From Felis catus (lineage: Eukaryota), in NCBI RefSeq assembly GCF_018350175.1, contig NC_058368.1:49973815-50037814 (forward strand): 64,000 bases of DNA. The letters run 5' to 3'. Within the stretch, counting starts at the first letter, position 1. Each line of letters starts with the position of its first letter. Positions 1-12,204 of this stretch are shown here, in pieces. A program made the translations under genes and the position numbers. The notes below the pieces were generated by a model. The model worked only from the letters and a program-made list of their open reading frames with translations, did not search any database and was not told the origin of the DNA.

Positions 1-1275
1 GTATATTAAAGCTTCTAGCATGCTTTCTGATACATGACACTTTTTAAAAATATTTACAAATAATTTTAAATGGTGTTTATTTGGTGGAAAAATTTATCAT
101 TGGACCATAGAATTAAAAAAAAAAAGTTGCCTCATATTTTAAGGGCACATATCCTAAATTACTCATTTTTCTTGATTGGACAAAATTACAGTGGCATTGT
201 GAAAATTTAGTGGGCTAATCGGTCAGAACTTTGTTATTACCCAATGTTTAGAAAGGCCAGATTGGTATTAGGTTGTAAGTCCTTTTATCCCGCTTGATGC
301 AAACTGCATGCTTCTATTGTGTAGAGATGGCTTTGGAAATGCATATACGGAATACTCTGTGGGTAGTCTGGAGAAATTTTTTTGGAATAGTTTTAAGGTC
401 ATTACTTTGAGTTTTTCTCCCAGTTTTGTAAATTTAACTAAAACATGTGTATCAGTTCTATAGATTTTTATAACTTACAAACTACATATAACTATTATAA
501 AAATAACACATTTTTTAAAACTGGAAAATAAGTTGAGTTCACATCACCCAAGCTAACTGCAGTCAATATTTTTATGTATGTATGTATGTATGTATGTATT
601 TTTAAGCAGTCAATATTTTAGAGAACTTCCTTCCAATCATTCTCTATTTACGTAGGATAATTTTAAACACAGATGCGTTTGTTTAATTATCAAAGTAGGA
701 CAGCTTCATGATTAAAAAAAAAGAGAGAGAAAAGTAAACGTTGAAGACCTTCCCCACCCTTTCTCCACTTCCCAGAGGTAGTGACTATTAGTAGCTGCTT
801 TTGTCTTTTCATTCATAGATGACTTCCTGTGTGAATCTTACAGCAATCCGGAATCAGAGGATGCAACAAATGTACTTGATAGATATTGATTGGCCTTTTT
901 ATGTCAATCTCTTTGAGATTAGCAGTATGAGTAAAAATTTAAGTGTGATTCCAGTTAAAATGTAGCCATTTTTATGTTAATGTAGTCATTCATTCCTCAG
1001 TTACTAATCATTCTTTCTACAGTGGCTGCCTTGGATCTTAGTATTTTTCATCCTTAATAGCTTTGGCTGACCTGAAGTAAGACTGTCCCTAAAATGTTTC
1101 ACTGTTACTTCCAGTTTGCAGCACAGATGTGTTTCTCTGTTACGTGTACCATGCTGTTTTATAATTTTATGACAGTATGACTTTTTGGGGTGTATAAAAT
1201 TAACAAATTTAAATCCTCTTATCAGGATTTATGATTCTTTTCCCTTTAGAGCTTTCAATCCTAGGCAGATAGTAT

Positions 1276-1366
1276 TCTCCTATCCAGGTTCTAACCAGGT
1301 TCAACCCTCCCTAGCTTCCAAGGTCAGAGGAGACCAGGGCACCTTCAGGGTGGTATGGCTATAGAC
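1276..1366 (-). pseudogene. 3'-truncated 5S rRNA retropseudogene
   Basis: Reverse complement GTCTATAGCCATACCACCCTGAAGGTGCCCTGGTCTCCTCTGACCTTGGAAGCTAGGGAGGGTTGAACCTGGTTAGAACCTGGATAGGAGA aligns to 5S rRNA nt 1 to about 90; decayed target-site duplication at 1262-1278 and 1367-1383. Confidence 0.9.
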
Positions 1367-1480
1367 TGGGCAGGCAGTGTTCTGTGTTGATTAAATGAAT
1401 GCCTGGTTTTCGATTAGAAGCCAAATATATCTTTCCTCCTTATTTAACATGACATAAATACAAATGAATATATTTTAAAT

Positions 1481-1639
1481 TTTTAAAAAAATATTTATTT
1501 ACATTTTGAGAGAGAGAGAGGGGGACAGAATCCGAAGCCTGCTCGAGCTGACAGCAGTGAGCCTGATGCGGGGCTCGAACTCATGAACCATGAGATCATG
1601 ACCTGAGCAGAAGTTGGACACTCAACCGACTGAGCCACC
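1481..1639 (-). mobile_element. Felid CanSINE (SINEC_Fc-like), truncated
   Basis: Poly-T, (GA)n, tRNA-like head; TSD aaatgaatat. Confidence 0.9.
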
Positions 1640-2110
1640 AAATGAATATGTTTTAAATATTCATGATAAATACAGCTTAATGGACATCCATAGACATACA
1701 GATGGCAAGATTATCTGTTAAAATAGGGATGTGATCTTCAGTTCAACAAATAAAACTTGAGTGTCTTTGGGTTAACCAGGTACAGTGCTAGGCGATGGGA
1801 TTAAAAAGATGATTAAGACACAGTTCCTTCTCTTGACTTGTGGGTCAGTTTTAATTCTTTCTGGTTTCTAGATCAAATTGAATATAGAGAAGGGCATAGA
1901 CTAAGGATTTTGGAGAAAGTGGAGAACAGAGAGGGAAGTAGTTTGGAGTACTTGAGTGACCTTTATTAAAAGTGTAGAATCAGATGAAGAATAGGTATGC
2001 TATAGAAGAGTCCATTGATTTCTGTGGCCTCAGACTTTGGAAAGCATGTGACTTAAACTCATAGGTGTTGAGTACATTCTACCAAGAGTCTTTTAATTCA
2101 ATATATTTCT

Positions 2111-2339
2111 TTTTTATTTTTTTTTATTTTTTTTTTCAACGTTTATTTATTTTTGGGACAGAGAGAGACAGAGCATGAACGGGGGAGGGGCAGAGAGAGA
2201 GGGAGACACAGAATCCGAAGCAGGCTCCAGGCTCTGAGCCATCAGCCCAGAGCCTGAAGCGGGGCTCGAACTCACGGACCGCGAGATCGTGACCTGGCTG
2301 AAGTCGGACGCTTAACCGACTGCGCCACCCAGGCGACCC
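2111..2339 (-). mobile_element. Felid SINE, young subfamily
   Basis: Full-length and CpG-rich; TSD tcaatatatttctt. Confidence 0.95.
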
Positions 2340-2675
2340 TCAATATATTTCTTATTAAACCTATCTAGGACCTTATTTTTGACCAACCATATTATCGTTA
2401 GAGTTTCTTTGCCAGGCCGAGAAGCAGAGTGATGGAAAGTAGCCCTTTAACTGGGAAAGTCTTTTCTTACAGAACCTGACTGTGTGAGATTAATGGCACG
2501 GTTCATGTGACATAACATGCTTTCTGTTGGTTTTATAAGATCTCAATTGATGGTCTAGGAACATGTGATCATTCTTCAAGGAGAAATACTCAAGGCACCT
2601 TAGTTTCAAACTTCAGATAGTGTTAGACTGGTAGATAACTTATAATATATTCTTGAGGTAAGGAATAATGATGCA

Positions 2676-2885
2676 TTTTTTTTTTAACGTTTTATTTATT
2701 TTTGAGACAGAGACAGAGCATGAACGGGGGAGGGGCATAGAGAGAGGGAGACACAGAATCGGAAGCAGGCTCCAGGCTCTGAGCCATCAGCCCAGAGCCT
2801 GACGCGGGGCTCGAACTCACGGACCGCGAGATCGTGACCTGAGCTGAAGTCGGAAGCCCAACCGACTGAGCCACCCAGGCGCCCC
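2676..2885 (-). mobile_element. Felid SINE
   Basis: Full-length; TSD aatgatgcattttt. Confidence 0.95.
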
Positions 2886-3721
2886 AAATGATGCATTTTT
2901 AATACATTTTTTTTCCTCTCCTCCTTTTTTTCCCCCTCTCACCTAAAACTTATTTTGTGATGGTGTACTTTTGTAAATCATCAGCTTCATTCAACACAAA
3001 CATATATTAAGACTTTATTGGGAAATTGACATTATTCACATTACTTTTTCTTTTTCCCTCTGCAGTAGATTAGGGTCTGACATTTTATTTTCCTGTGAAA
3101 TCTTAAGAGTTTAAAAAAATACTAATCTTCTGTTATACTCGTTTTACCAGGTATGAGAGACAGTGGAGTCGAGTGGGTTTCATTGTGTACTAGAGGTCAG
3201 GAAGCCAGTTTACTTCTAGCATTTTCTGGCATTCATATAATCACTTGGACTCTTTTGGCTTTATGTACTTTTTGCTCATTGATGTAATTTGTGATATCTG
3301 TCTATCTTTAAACCTCAGGCGTCATTTTTGGTAAGTAGGATAAACTGTGTTGATCATCTAATATAATTGTTTATTTGAGAGAACTTAAAATACATCTTCC
3401 TAAAAGTCATTGTAGTGAAAATGAGTTTAACATATCAACCAAGCTAAGCTGTATGTGTTTGGTGAAGTCCTGGCTTATTATGTTTAATCCCAAAGTAATG
3501 GATTTTGAAAAGGATTTTGCTTAATATAAACTTTTAATGTTTGTTAATTGATATAAATAAATTGCTATCTCTTCTCACCCTATTCGTGGAAAACCTTTAC
3601 TTTTCTTGCTGAACATTAGTAATAAGTATACCTTGCATTCACTTTATTTATTAGATGTGCAGTAATACATGTTATTTCCCTGTTAATGTTGCAATGTTTG
3701 TTTGTTTTCAACTTTTACCAG

Positions 3722-3850
3722 TTTCTCAAACAATTAGGTCTACATCCTAACTGGCAGTTTGTTGATGTATATGGAATGGATCCTGAACTTCTTAGCATGG
3801 TACCAAGACCAGTGTGTGCAGTGTTACTTCTCTTCCCTATTACAGAAAAG
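3722..3850 (+). CDS. UCHL3: UCHL3 coding exon 3 ([43 protein letters not shown])
   Basis: Acceptor ttttaccag at 3720-3721 and donor gtactt at 3851; 129 nt, phase 0-0; translation matches UCH-L3 residues 19-61. Confidence 0.98.
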
Positions 3851-3970
3851 GTACTTGTTAACTGAGATGAAGTCTCTGGTAAATGTAATGTTCTCTTTCA
3901 ATGTTGAGTTAAAAACATGGTCTGCTTTAAGAATAAATGACTCCCTTCTTGCATTAAATGAGGAAATCTA

Positions 3971-4188
3971 GGGGCCCCTGGGTGGCTCAGTCGGTTGAGC
4001 GTCCAACTTTGGCTCAGGTCATGATCTCATGGTTTGTGAGTTCAGGCCCCGCGTCAGGCTCTGTGCTAACAGCTCGGAGCCTGGAACCTGCTTTGGATTC
4101 TGTGTCTCCATCTCTCTCCCCCTTCCCTGCTTGGGCTCTGTCTCTCTCTCTCAAAAGTAAATAAACATTTTTACAATTTTTAAAAAAT
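3971..4188 (+). mobile_element. Felid SINE
   Basis: ggggcccctgggtggctcagtcggtt head, (CT)n, A tail; TSD atgaggaaatct. Confidence 0.95.
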
Positions 4189-4213
4189 ATGAGGAAATCT
4201 AAAAGACATCTTA

Positions 4214-4329
4214 GGGGCACCTGGGTGGCTCAGTTGGTTGACTGTCCAGCTCTTGGTTTCAGCTCAGGTCATGATCCCAGGGTCCTTGGATCAAGCCCTA
4301 CATTGGGCTGAGTGTGGAGCCTGCTTGGG

Positions 4330-4365
<36 letters not shown>

Positions 4366-4556
4366 CCTCTCCCTCTCCCTCTCCCTCTCCCTCTCCCTCT
4401 CCCTCTCCCTCTCCCTCTCCCTCACCCTCTCCCTCTCCCTCTCCCTCTCCCTCTCCCTCTCCCTCTCCCTCTCCCTCTCCCACTCCCTCTCCCTCTCCCT
4501 CTCCCTCTTTCCCTTTCCCCCACTCACATGCTCTCTCTCTCTAAAATTAAAAACAT
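4214..4556 (+). mobile_element. Felid SINE with expanded (CT)n/(CCCTCT)n tract
   Basis: SINE head, about 180-nt pyrimidine tract, A tail; TSD gacatctta. Confidence 0.93.
4331..4510. repeat. (CT)n followed by (CCCTCT)n hexamer array
   Basis: Directly visible tandem hexamers with two variant units. Confidence 0.97.
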
Positions 4557-5442
4557 AAAGGACATCTTAGAAACTTAGTTTTATTAAAGAGCTGATATTT
4601 AGATTTTGATTTATAAATTCACAATAAAGCCCTGAATTAGACTTTTAAACTTGGGTAGTTTTCTTCTTTTATAAAATATGATTAGTTTGCCTCAGTGTGT
4701 TTCGGTATCACATTTAGTCACATTTTGATGTATATACTTTAGGAATGTTAAGTACTAGAATAATCTTAAATCTGTCTTAGAGAAGGTATAAATAAATAAT
4801 ATTCACATTTTAAGTATATGTGTAATTGTTTCCAATCCATAATTAAAAACAAGTCTTTAAGGAGGAAGGTATAATTAATGATAGGGGTTACATTATTTTC
4901 AGAATAAACTTGATATGTGTGGAAATCATTAAGTTTAAACAGCTTAATTGGCAGGTTTAGGATGTGTTGGGGATTATAATTATCTATTTTTAGAGTTTGA
5001 TATTTAATTTCAAATCTCCATATTTCAGCCTTTTCTTAGAATGTCATATAGATATATGTATTTTGAAACCAACATTTTTAAGTTCATTGTGAAACAGCTT
5101 TTGAGACTATATCCTTCTGATTTCTATTTTTAAACTTAACAATAGGATGAACTTAGTAGCTGTGAAAGATGAAGAAGTGAATGTTTGGGAAGATGTGAGA
5201 GAAGTGTTGGTGACTTTGTCATATACATGCTCAGGCCATGTTATTTTTCAGGAATAAATGGAGCCAAGTCTCATAGAAATTAAGAATTAGGCTTTGTTCA
5301 GTCCTAGAAATTTCTGGATAATTTTCTTTATGCCATAACTAAGTAGCCTCAGTTTAATATAAACAAAAAATACTGAAATAGTTCTCTTTTCTAGTTAAAG
5401 TTCTACCAAACAAATTATTTAATTAAAGAAGGGGTATTTCTT

Positions 5443-5660
5443 GGGGCATCTGGGCGGCTCAGTCCGTTAAGCGTCTGACTCTTGATTTTGGCTTATGTCT
5501 TGATCTCATGGTTTCATGAGTTCAAGCCCCATGCCACGTCAGGCTCTGCGTTGGTGGTACAGAGCCTGCTTGGGATTCTCTGTCTTCCTCTCTCTATCCC
5601 TCCCCCTCTCGCACTATCTCTGTCTCTGTCAAATAAATAAAATTTAAAAAATTTTTAAAA
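5443..5660 (+). mobile_element. Felid SINE
   Basis: SINE head, CT tract and tail; TSD aaagaaggg.tatttctt. Confidence 0.93.
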
Positions 5661-6844
5661 AGAAGGGATATTTCTTCATATTTGCTGTTTGTAATATAGA
5701 ATTCAAAGTTATTAATTTCTTAGTGATTATCCATTATTAGACCAAACTACTTTTAATGGTGAGGTTGTAATTATTCTGAAATTTGAGGAGGGGTTAGGAC
5801 ACTTAAGTTTACTCTCTTAGTCCAATGTTATTCTCATTTTTCTTTTTTTTTTTTGTTACTAAAGTAAGCCAATAGCTATCCCAGGACCCCAACTGTAAAG
5901 AATAATAAAAAGAAAAGAAAAAAAAAAGCTTAAAGCTTAGGCTTTCTTAGTTGGTGTTATACAAATGTGAGTTTATGGTCCAAGTTGGAAATTTCCCAAA
6001 GCATTGAGATGTAGACCTACCTTTTTTTTTTTTTCCTTATTAAAGAATAAATTGGATTTGGTCTCCTTCATGTAGTGGGTCATCAGTTTTTAAAAAAGCA
6101 TGTTGTCCTTATCAAGCATGTTGTCTTCATTTAGTGGATAACCTGTACTGAAAAGGTCATTGGACCCATTGTTAGAAAAAAAACACAATTCTAAAATATT
6201 AAAGCGAAGAATATAATGGCATCTGCCATGTTTGGTTGTTTCTTATAATTTGGCATATTTCCATTTCAGTTCATAAGGGACATATTAAAGTCACTCAAAG
6301 GGTATCTAGTGGATGTTTTAGGAGATACAAAGTGTTTCAGTCTTCTGTGTTCTGATTTAGAAAGTGATTATGTAATTGCACATGGCTAAAGCATACTAAT
6401 ACCAAAAGAACTGACATGGATACTTCGTTACTCTTTAAAGAAAGTCAGTTATGGTGATTTAAATGTGTGCCAATGAATTGCAAGGGAAGAGGCTATAAAT
6501 TTCTCTCTGATATTTTTGTCTCTTGACCCTGTGTTTTCACTTTAGTCTGCTATTAATAACTTTTTCTCCTATGCTTGCTCTGTGTCATTTTAGGATTTTT
6601 CTTCTTAAATATTAAATCTTGAGAAGTTGCCATTTTGCTTTGTCAGCAAAGAACACTGATATTAAACAACGGTAAACTAAGCTGTAGGACCATATAAACA
6701 TTTCAGCATAAGCTTACTATATTGAATCTTTTACAGTTTTTATCAGTTAAAGTCATATGAATGAATTAATGATTCAGAATTTATTCTGAAAATGTAAATT
6801 AAAAATTTGATTTTGAAGCAAATTCATAAAAATTATTATTTTTA

Positions 6845-7073
6845 TTAATGTTTATTATTATTATTATTTTTTTTTTTTGAGAGAGAGAGAGAGAGAGAGA
6901 CAGAGCACAAGTGGGAGAGGGGCAGAGAGAGAGGGAGACACAGAATCCAAAGCAGGCTCCAGGCTCGGAGCTGTCAGCACGGAGCCCGACACGGGGCTCA
7001 AACTCATGAGTCATGAGATCACGACCTGAGCTGAAGTCAGATGCTTAATTGGCTGAGCCACTCAAGTGCCCCC
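6845..7073 (-). mobile_element. Felid SINE
   Basis: Poly-T, (GA)n, SINE body. Confidence 0.93.
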
Positions 7074-7167
7074 ATAAAAATGATGTTTTAAGGCATATAT
7101 ACATTTGTTGTTAGAGGCAGTTTCTGAATTATGGGTTTAGTGTAGACATCATTTGTCTCCTTAATTG

Positions 7168-7368
7168 CAAGGATCAGCCATCTTTTTCTGTGGAGGGCCA
7201 GATAATGAAGATTTTCAACTTTGCAGGCCTACAGAGTCTGTGGTAAAACTATCGTACTTTGCTTTTTAGTGTGAAAACAGCCATAGACAATACAAAAATA
7301 AAACTTTTCTTATGAGAACAGGCAGCGGGCCAGATTTGGCCACTAGGCTATAGTTTGCAGATTTCCTA
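7168..7368. mobile_element. MER58-like hAT-Charlie MITE
   Basis: tttttctgt...gggccagata...ttgcaggcc...cagccatagacaa...gggccagatttggcc...tagtttgc matches the MER58A layout. Confidence 0.75.
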
Positions 7369-8101
7369 CTTTATTGGATTCTGAACATTATAGAACAAAA
7401 CAATAAAATCATCTTTCTACTCTCTCCCTCCTCCTTCTCATCACTCGTTTTTTAACCTCTTTATTATTTTTTAACCTTTTTTTTACAATTAGGAAAATGA
7501 GACACAGAGTCATTAAGTAACTTGTGAAGTAATAATCACACAGCAAGTAATAATGGAGCCAGGATGTGGGCTTAGGCAGTCAGGTGTAGAGCACACACTT
7601 CTGACATTTATTATTCCCATATTGTTTTTAAATCAGTTATTAGAGATAATGGTGAACGTTTGTTATGAATACAATATGCTAAGAATTTGTTAGTACAGTA
7701 TAATTTAACAATATAGAAATGTAAAGAAAAGAGTGTTTTATTCTAAAGATGAGATAAAAGTCCTCCAGTAATCTATGGTCGCAGAGATAACCTGTTACAT
7801 TTTTGTATACTCTTTCAGATTTTTCAATGCATACATAAAGTATATTTTTTAAAAACATAAATGAGAACCATGGTAATATATATTGACCTAGAACCACCCT
7901 ATAATCATGGACAGATTTCTGAGTCAGAATATATAAATCTATTTTATTCTTTTCTAAGTGCTTTATAGGATTCCATTAAGATATGCTGTAGTATGTTAAC
8001 CAAATGCCCATTAATGGGTATTTAGAAGTTTCCTGGTTTTTTGTTTGAGTACTTTTTAACGTATTGTTTTCATAAGTAGACTATTGACTTTTTTTTAATA
8101 G

Positions 8102-8258
8102 TATGAAGTATTCAGAACGGAGGAGGAGGAAAAAATAAAGTCTCAGGGACAAGATGTTACGTCATCAGTATATTTCATGAAGCAAACAATCAGCAATGCC
8201 TGCGGAACAATTGGACTCATCCATGCTATTGCCAACAATAAAGACAAGATGCACTTTG
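8102..8258 (+). CDS. UCHL3: UCHL3 coding exon 4 ([52 protein letters not shown]), contains catalytic Cys95
   Basis: ttttaatag acceptor and gtaaat donor; 157 nt; QTISNACGT motif with TGC at 8201-8203. Confidence 0.98.
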
Positions 8259-8655
8259 GTAAATAATTTTTTATTACTGCTTGTCCATCACCTCCCCCCA
8301 ACCCCAGCCACCAGAAGTCATGAGTTGACTTATTGAGCAGTAGGTGGTGCTGTGGTTCTTTCTTTTAAAGTATCAAATAAAGCATTTTCCTTTCTTTTTC
8401 TTCTTTTTTTCCCCTAGTGGGAATGTATATACTGTTAGAAGAAATATTAATCTTTCCCATTCTTTTATAATGTTGATAAAAAGAGGTTTCACAAAAAACT
8501 TAAAGCCTATCATTTATCCCAGTATTCTTATATTCCCAACTTAGCAGTGAAAGGGTTTTTATCTAAAAAAAAAAGAGCATGCTTCTAGTATTTTCATATA
8601 TCAGTGTCTTTGAGATAACAAACCTTCTCAATTTTATCTTCTTTAATATTCTCAG

Positions 8656-8741
8656 AATCTGGATCAACCTTGAAAAAATTCCTAGAGGAGTCTGTGTCAA
8701 TGAGCCCCGAAGAACGAGCCAGATACCTAGAGAACTATGAC
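8656..8741 (+). CDS. UCHL3: UCHL3 coding exon 5 ((E)[28 protein letters not shown])
   Basis: attctcag acceptor and gtcggt donor; 86 nt restores phase 0; overlaps ORF 8670-8864. Confidence 0.96.
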
Positions 8742-9569
8742 GTCGGTACCTTCTTTCTGTCTCGATCTCATTTACGGGCAGTTTTGTGGGATTGTAGATA
8801 CTTTTGGGATGTTTGTCTTGAAACTTTAGTTTTGAGCAATTATGGATTTTATTGTGTCCGTTAAAAAAGACCTTCTGTACTTCATGTAACATTACCTGAA
8901 ATATCCAGAAATGTTGATGAATTGCCACTTCTTTTCTACATCTAGAGCTGAATGACAGAAAAAAAGTTTGATTTACAAATTTTTAAAATATTTTATGATT
9001 GACTGTTCCTTACCACTCCCTCCCCATAGTAAATAGATGCCTGCCAATGCCCTGTGTGTGTTTCACTGGGAATTTGGAACAAGGCTGAAGACCAGTGGAA
9101 AAAACAAAGGCTTAAGGCTAGATGTCAGATCATATGTTAGCTATTCTATCAGCTTAGTAATGTTTTTGCCTGTGTGAAGACATAATCTACTTGTACCATT
9201 TCATAGAATTGTTTTAGAGTGACATTTAAATCTTACTGGTTTTGGACTCTTATTTTTCTTTTGAAGGACTTTTTAACTTTAATTAACACTACTAGGTAGA
9301 TGTTAAGTTCTTTGGAATTAGAAGGAGTATAATGTACAGATTATTTGGCTAGAAAAATGCCTTATACAGAGTTTGTGTCCAATAGATTCATTGATTTCAT
9401 CATGTTTTAGCATTCTTACCTACTTTGACTATCTTAAATTGTTTTTTCTTTAAAAAACCTGCAGATCATAAAACATCTTTATTTTACACAAAAGTAAATT
9501 AAACAACATAAAAGTCACCAGTAATCCTACCAATAAGAAGTAGCTGCCATTATTAATATTTTTATAGGG

Positions 9570-10030
9570 AGTATATATGTATATACACAAGTTTTTAAAA
9601 CAAAAAGTTGATCACACTGTAATATTGTTTTATAACTTGCTTTTTTCACTTAACTTATCACAAACGTATACCATACCAGTAAGTATATATTTGACATCAT
9701 CATTTAATGGCTGCATAGCTTTCCATTGTACAGTATTTTATTTTACCAATAAATTATTGTTGGTAATTTAATACTTTTCCTCTTTATTCACTATTTAAAG
9801 AAATACTACAAGGTATATTATTGTAGCTAAATCTTTGAAAATGTCCTTAATTATATATACTTATGTACAGTTATATGTAAATACGTAAACTCCCAGAAGA
9901 GAAATTGCTGGATCAAACAATTTGCATGTTTTTAAGGCTTTGATACTTATTGCCAAATTGCCATTCATAAAGGTTGTACTTTTCACCCGAAAATGACTAC
10001 TTTTGCCCATTTTCTTCATGTTTGCTAATA
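9570..10030 (-). mobile_element. Old L1 (L1M-type) 3' fragment
   Basis: ttttaatggctgcatag...ttccattgta...gaaattgctggatcaaa...tattgccaaattgcc pattern. Confidence 0.7.
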
Positions 10031-10568
10031 GTGGGTACTGTAAGGGCATTTTTTTTTTTTTCTTAAGTTCAGAAAACTGAAATCTCTAGCTTCTGATAAA
10101 TGCATGCTTTTTGCTCCACATTTTTAAACTGCTGACTGAAGCTGCATGATTAAGCATAACTACAGCCAGAGCCGCAGAGGAGCATGTAACCTGGAGAAAC
10201 AGATGAGATCAGCTTTTTCAGTCTCTATCTGTGAGATGCTTACTTTATTCTAGTACCAGTTGAATAAAGTGTTAAGTGTTAGTTCTAACAGATAATTTAA
10301 ATGACTCCCACTTAACACCTGGAAATTACAAATAATCAAATATTCAGTTTCCTAAGTCTTCAGGGATTTGTGGGTTAGAAAGTACAGCAATTCATTTGGT
10401 TACTCAGAAATCATTCTTAAATATGTAATGCTAAACTGTTCCTAAACTTTCTTCCGATTTGTTGTTTCTTAACAAAGCTTTAGATGTTAAAACTTAGCAT
10501 TGTTGTTTTCTTTTAGAAAGTTGGACACGGTCATTTTTTCCTGTTAATTCCTTGTGTTCTCATTACAG

Positions 10569-10616
10569 GCTATCCGAGTCACTCATGAGACCAGTGCCCA
10601 TGAAGGTCAGACTGAG
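10569..10616 (+). CDS. UCHL3: UCHL3 coding exon 6 (AIRVTHETSAHEGQTE)
   Basis: cattacag acceptor and gtattt donor; 48 nt, phase 0-0; start of the crossover loop. Confidence 0.97.
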
Positions 10617-11619
10617 GTATTTCCCATTTTTCAAAACTTTCCTTGCCATGTGTAAGTCTAACCACAGTGTTCTCATATGGCATGTAGTTTTAGAAAACCA
10701 CTTGGACTTTTTTTTCCTTTGAAGGAATCTGCTTATGTAAAAGTCGTCATGAAGTAGCACAAGAACGTATATTGGTAAACTATTAGTAGGCACTTTGATA
10801 TCAGCTGTCTCAGTCTGTCTAATCATTTAGACAGATTGCAGGCTGTGGGCTGTTTGCGTTCCCTATTAGAGTCCTCTGATTTGTGCAAGTGTTTCGAGAA
10901 AAATACCTGTGCTATAGTATGAGCAGATGAGCCTGTATGATTTTCAAGACTCTATCATGCCCAACTTGTGGCAAAAAGCTGCGTCCTTCTCTTTGCTCGG
11001 TAAATCTGTTCCAGGGCAATATGATGGTTTTTTACCATTTTCACCCGGGTAGCTAGTTCCTCACCTGGCTCACCTCTCCTCTCCTTCTCTTGCCTCTTTT
11101 TTTCTTTCTCTTGGTTGTCTTCATTCCCTCTTCCATTTCTTTTCCTTCCCTCTAAGCCTTGTGCTCCTGCTCGTGGGAGGGGTGTCAAAAGGTATTTCAG
11201 CAAGATGAATTAGAGTTCAATTGAAGTTGTTTGGTGAATTCATAGCACATCTGAGTGTTAACACCAGAGAATTATAGATTTTCTTTCTTATCCATCTAGG
11301 ACTTGAAACCATAGTTTTTCGTGTACAAAGATCATATTACCTTTATGCATTAAGAGTACTTGAAAACACATTTGAAAAATACCTGATTTAAAAATATTGG
11401 TCTTAAATATTTGCACTATCTGCAAAAAAATTTAAGGAGAAAACAATTTGATACTATGGTATGACTGCAGTTTTTCATAGATTGAACTGGATAACTGAGT
11501 GTTTATAATAAAACCATCTAAGAATTTGAACACTAATTCCCCCTATAATTATATCTTCTTGGTTGGTCTCAGGTTCTACTTTCAGAGGTGTGGACTATTG
11601 TTTTTTGACCAAGTTTGCA

Positions 11620-11623
<4 letters not shown>

Positions 11624-11666
<43 letters not shown>
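11624..11666. repeat. (CA)n microsatellite
   Basis: About 21 uninterrupted CA units. Confidence 0.97.
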
Positions 11667-11668
<2 letters not shown>

Positions 11669-11998
11669 TCTCCAGATGGCTATAACACCAGATTGTGGAT
11701 TAATCAAACACTCCCTTTTTTTTATTGCTTTGTATGATCCTAAGCATGTTCTTAATCTTCACTCTGCTTTGCTTGTTTGTTTGTACATTTATAGTGTTAG
11801 AATTAGCAATGACGATAATCAGCATGAGATTGTTATAAAATACGAAGATAGCTATTTGTAATGAAGCAATTGTGTAATAAAGCAACATTAATACATGTTT
11901 ACTTCAAAAATTTGTCTTTGCGTTACCTTATCTTGCCTTTTTTTGGTGGCTTTATCCATATTATGGCTTCAGTAACTCCTTTTATTTTATTAAAAACA

Positions 11999-12019
11999 TT
12001 TTTTTAATGTTTATTTAGT

Positions 12020-12051
<32 letters not shown>

Positions 12052-12204
12052 CAAGCAGGAGAGGGACAGAGAGAGAGAGAGAGGGAGACACAGAATCTGA
12101 AGCAGGCTCCGGGCTCTGAGCTGTCAGCACAGAGCCTGAGATGGGGCTTGAACCCTCCTGAGCTGAAGTTGGAGGCTTAACCAACTGAGCCACCCAGGCG
12201 CCCC
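11999..12204 (-). mobile_element. Felid SINE with internal deletion
   Basis: SINE body lacking the ...gagatcatga... segment; TSD cttca.taactc. Confidence 0.92.

Noticed and set aside
3759..3971. 70-aa ORF overlapping UCHL3 exon 3
   Set aside because: An alternative frame of exon 3 running into the intron; the real frame is set by the splice sites and UCH-L3 homology.
4238..4578. LS/LP/SP/ER/GE dipeptide-repeat ORFs
   Set aside because: Translations of the (CCCTCT)n microsatellite in a SINE.
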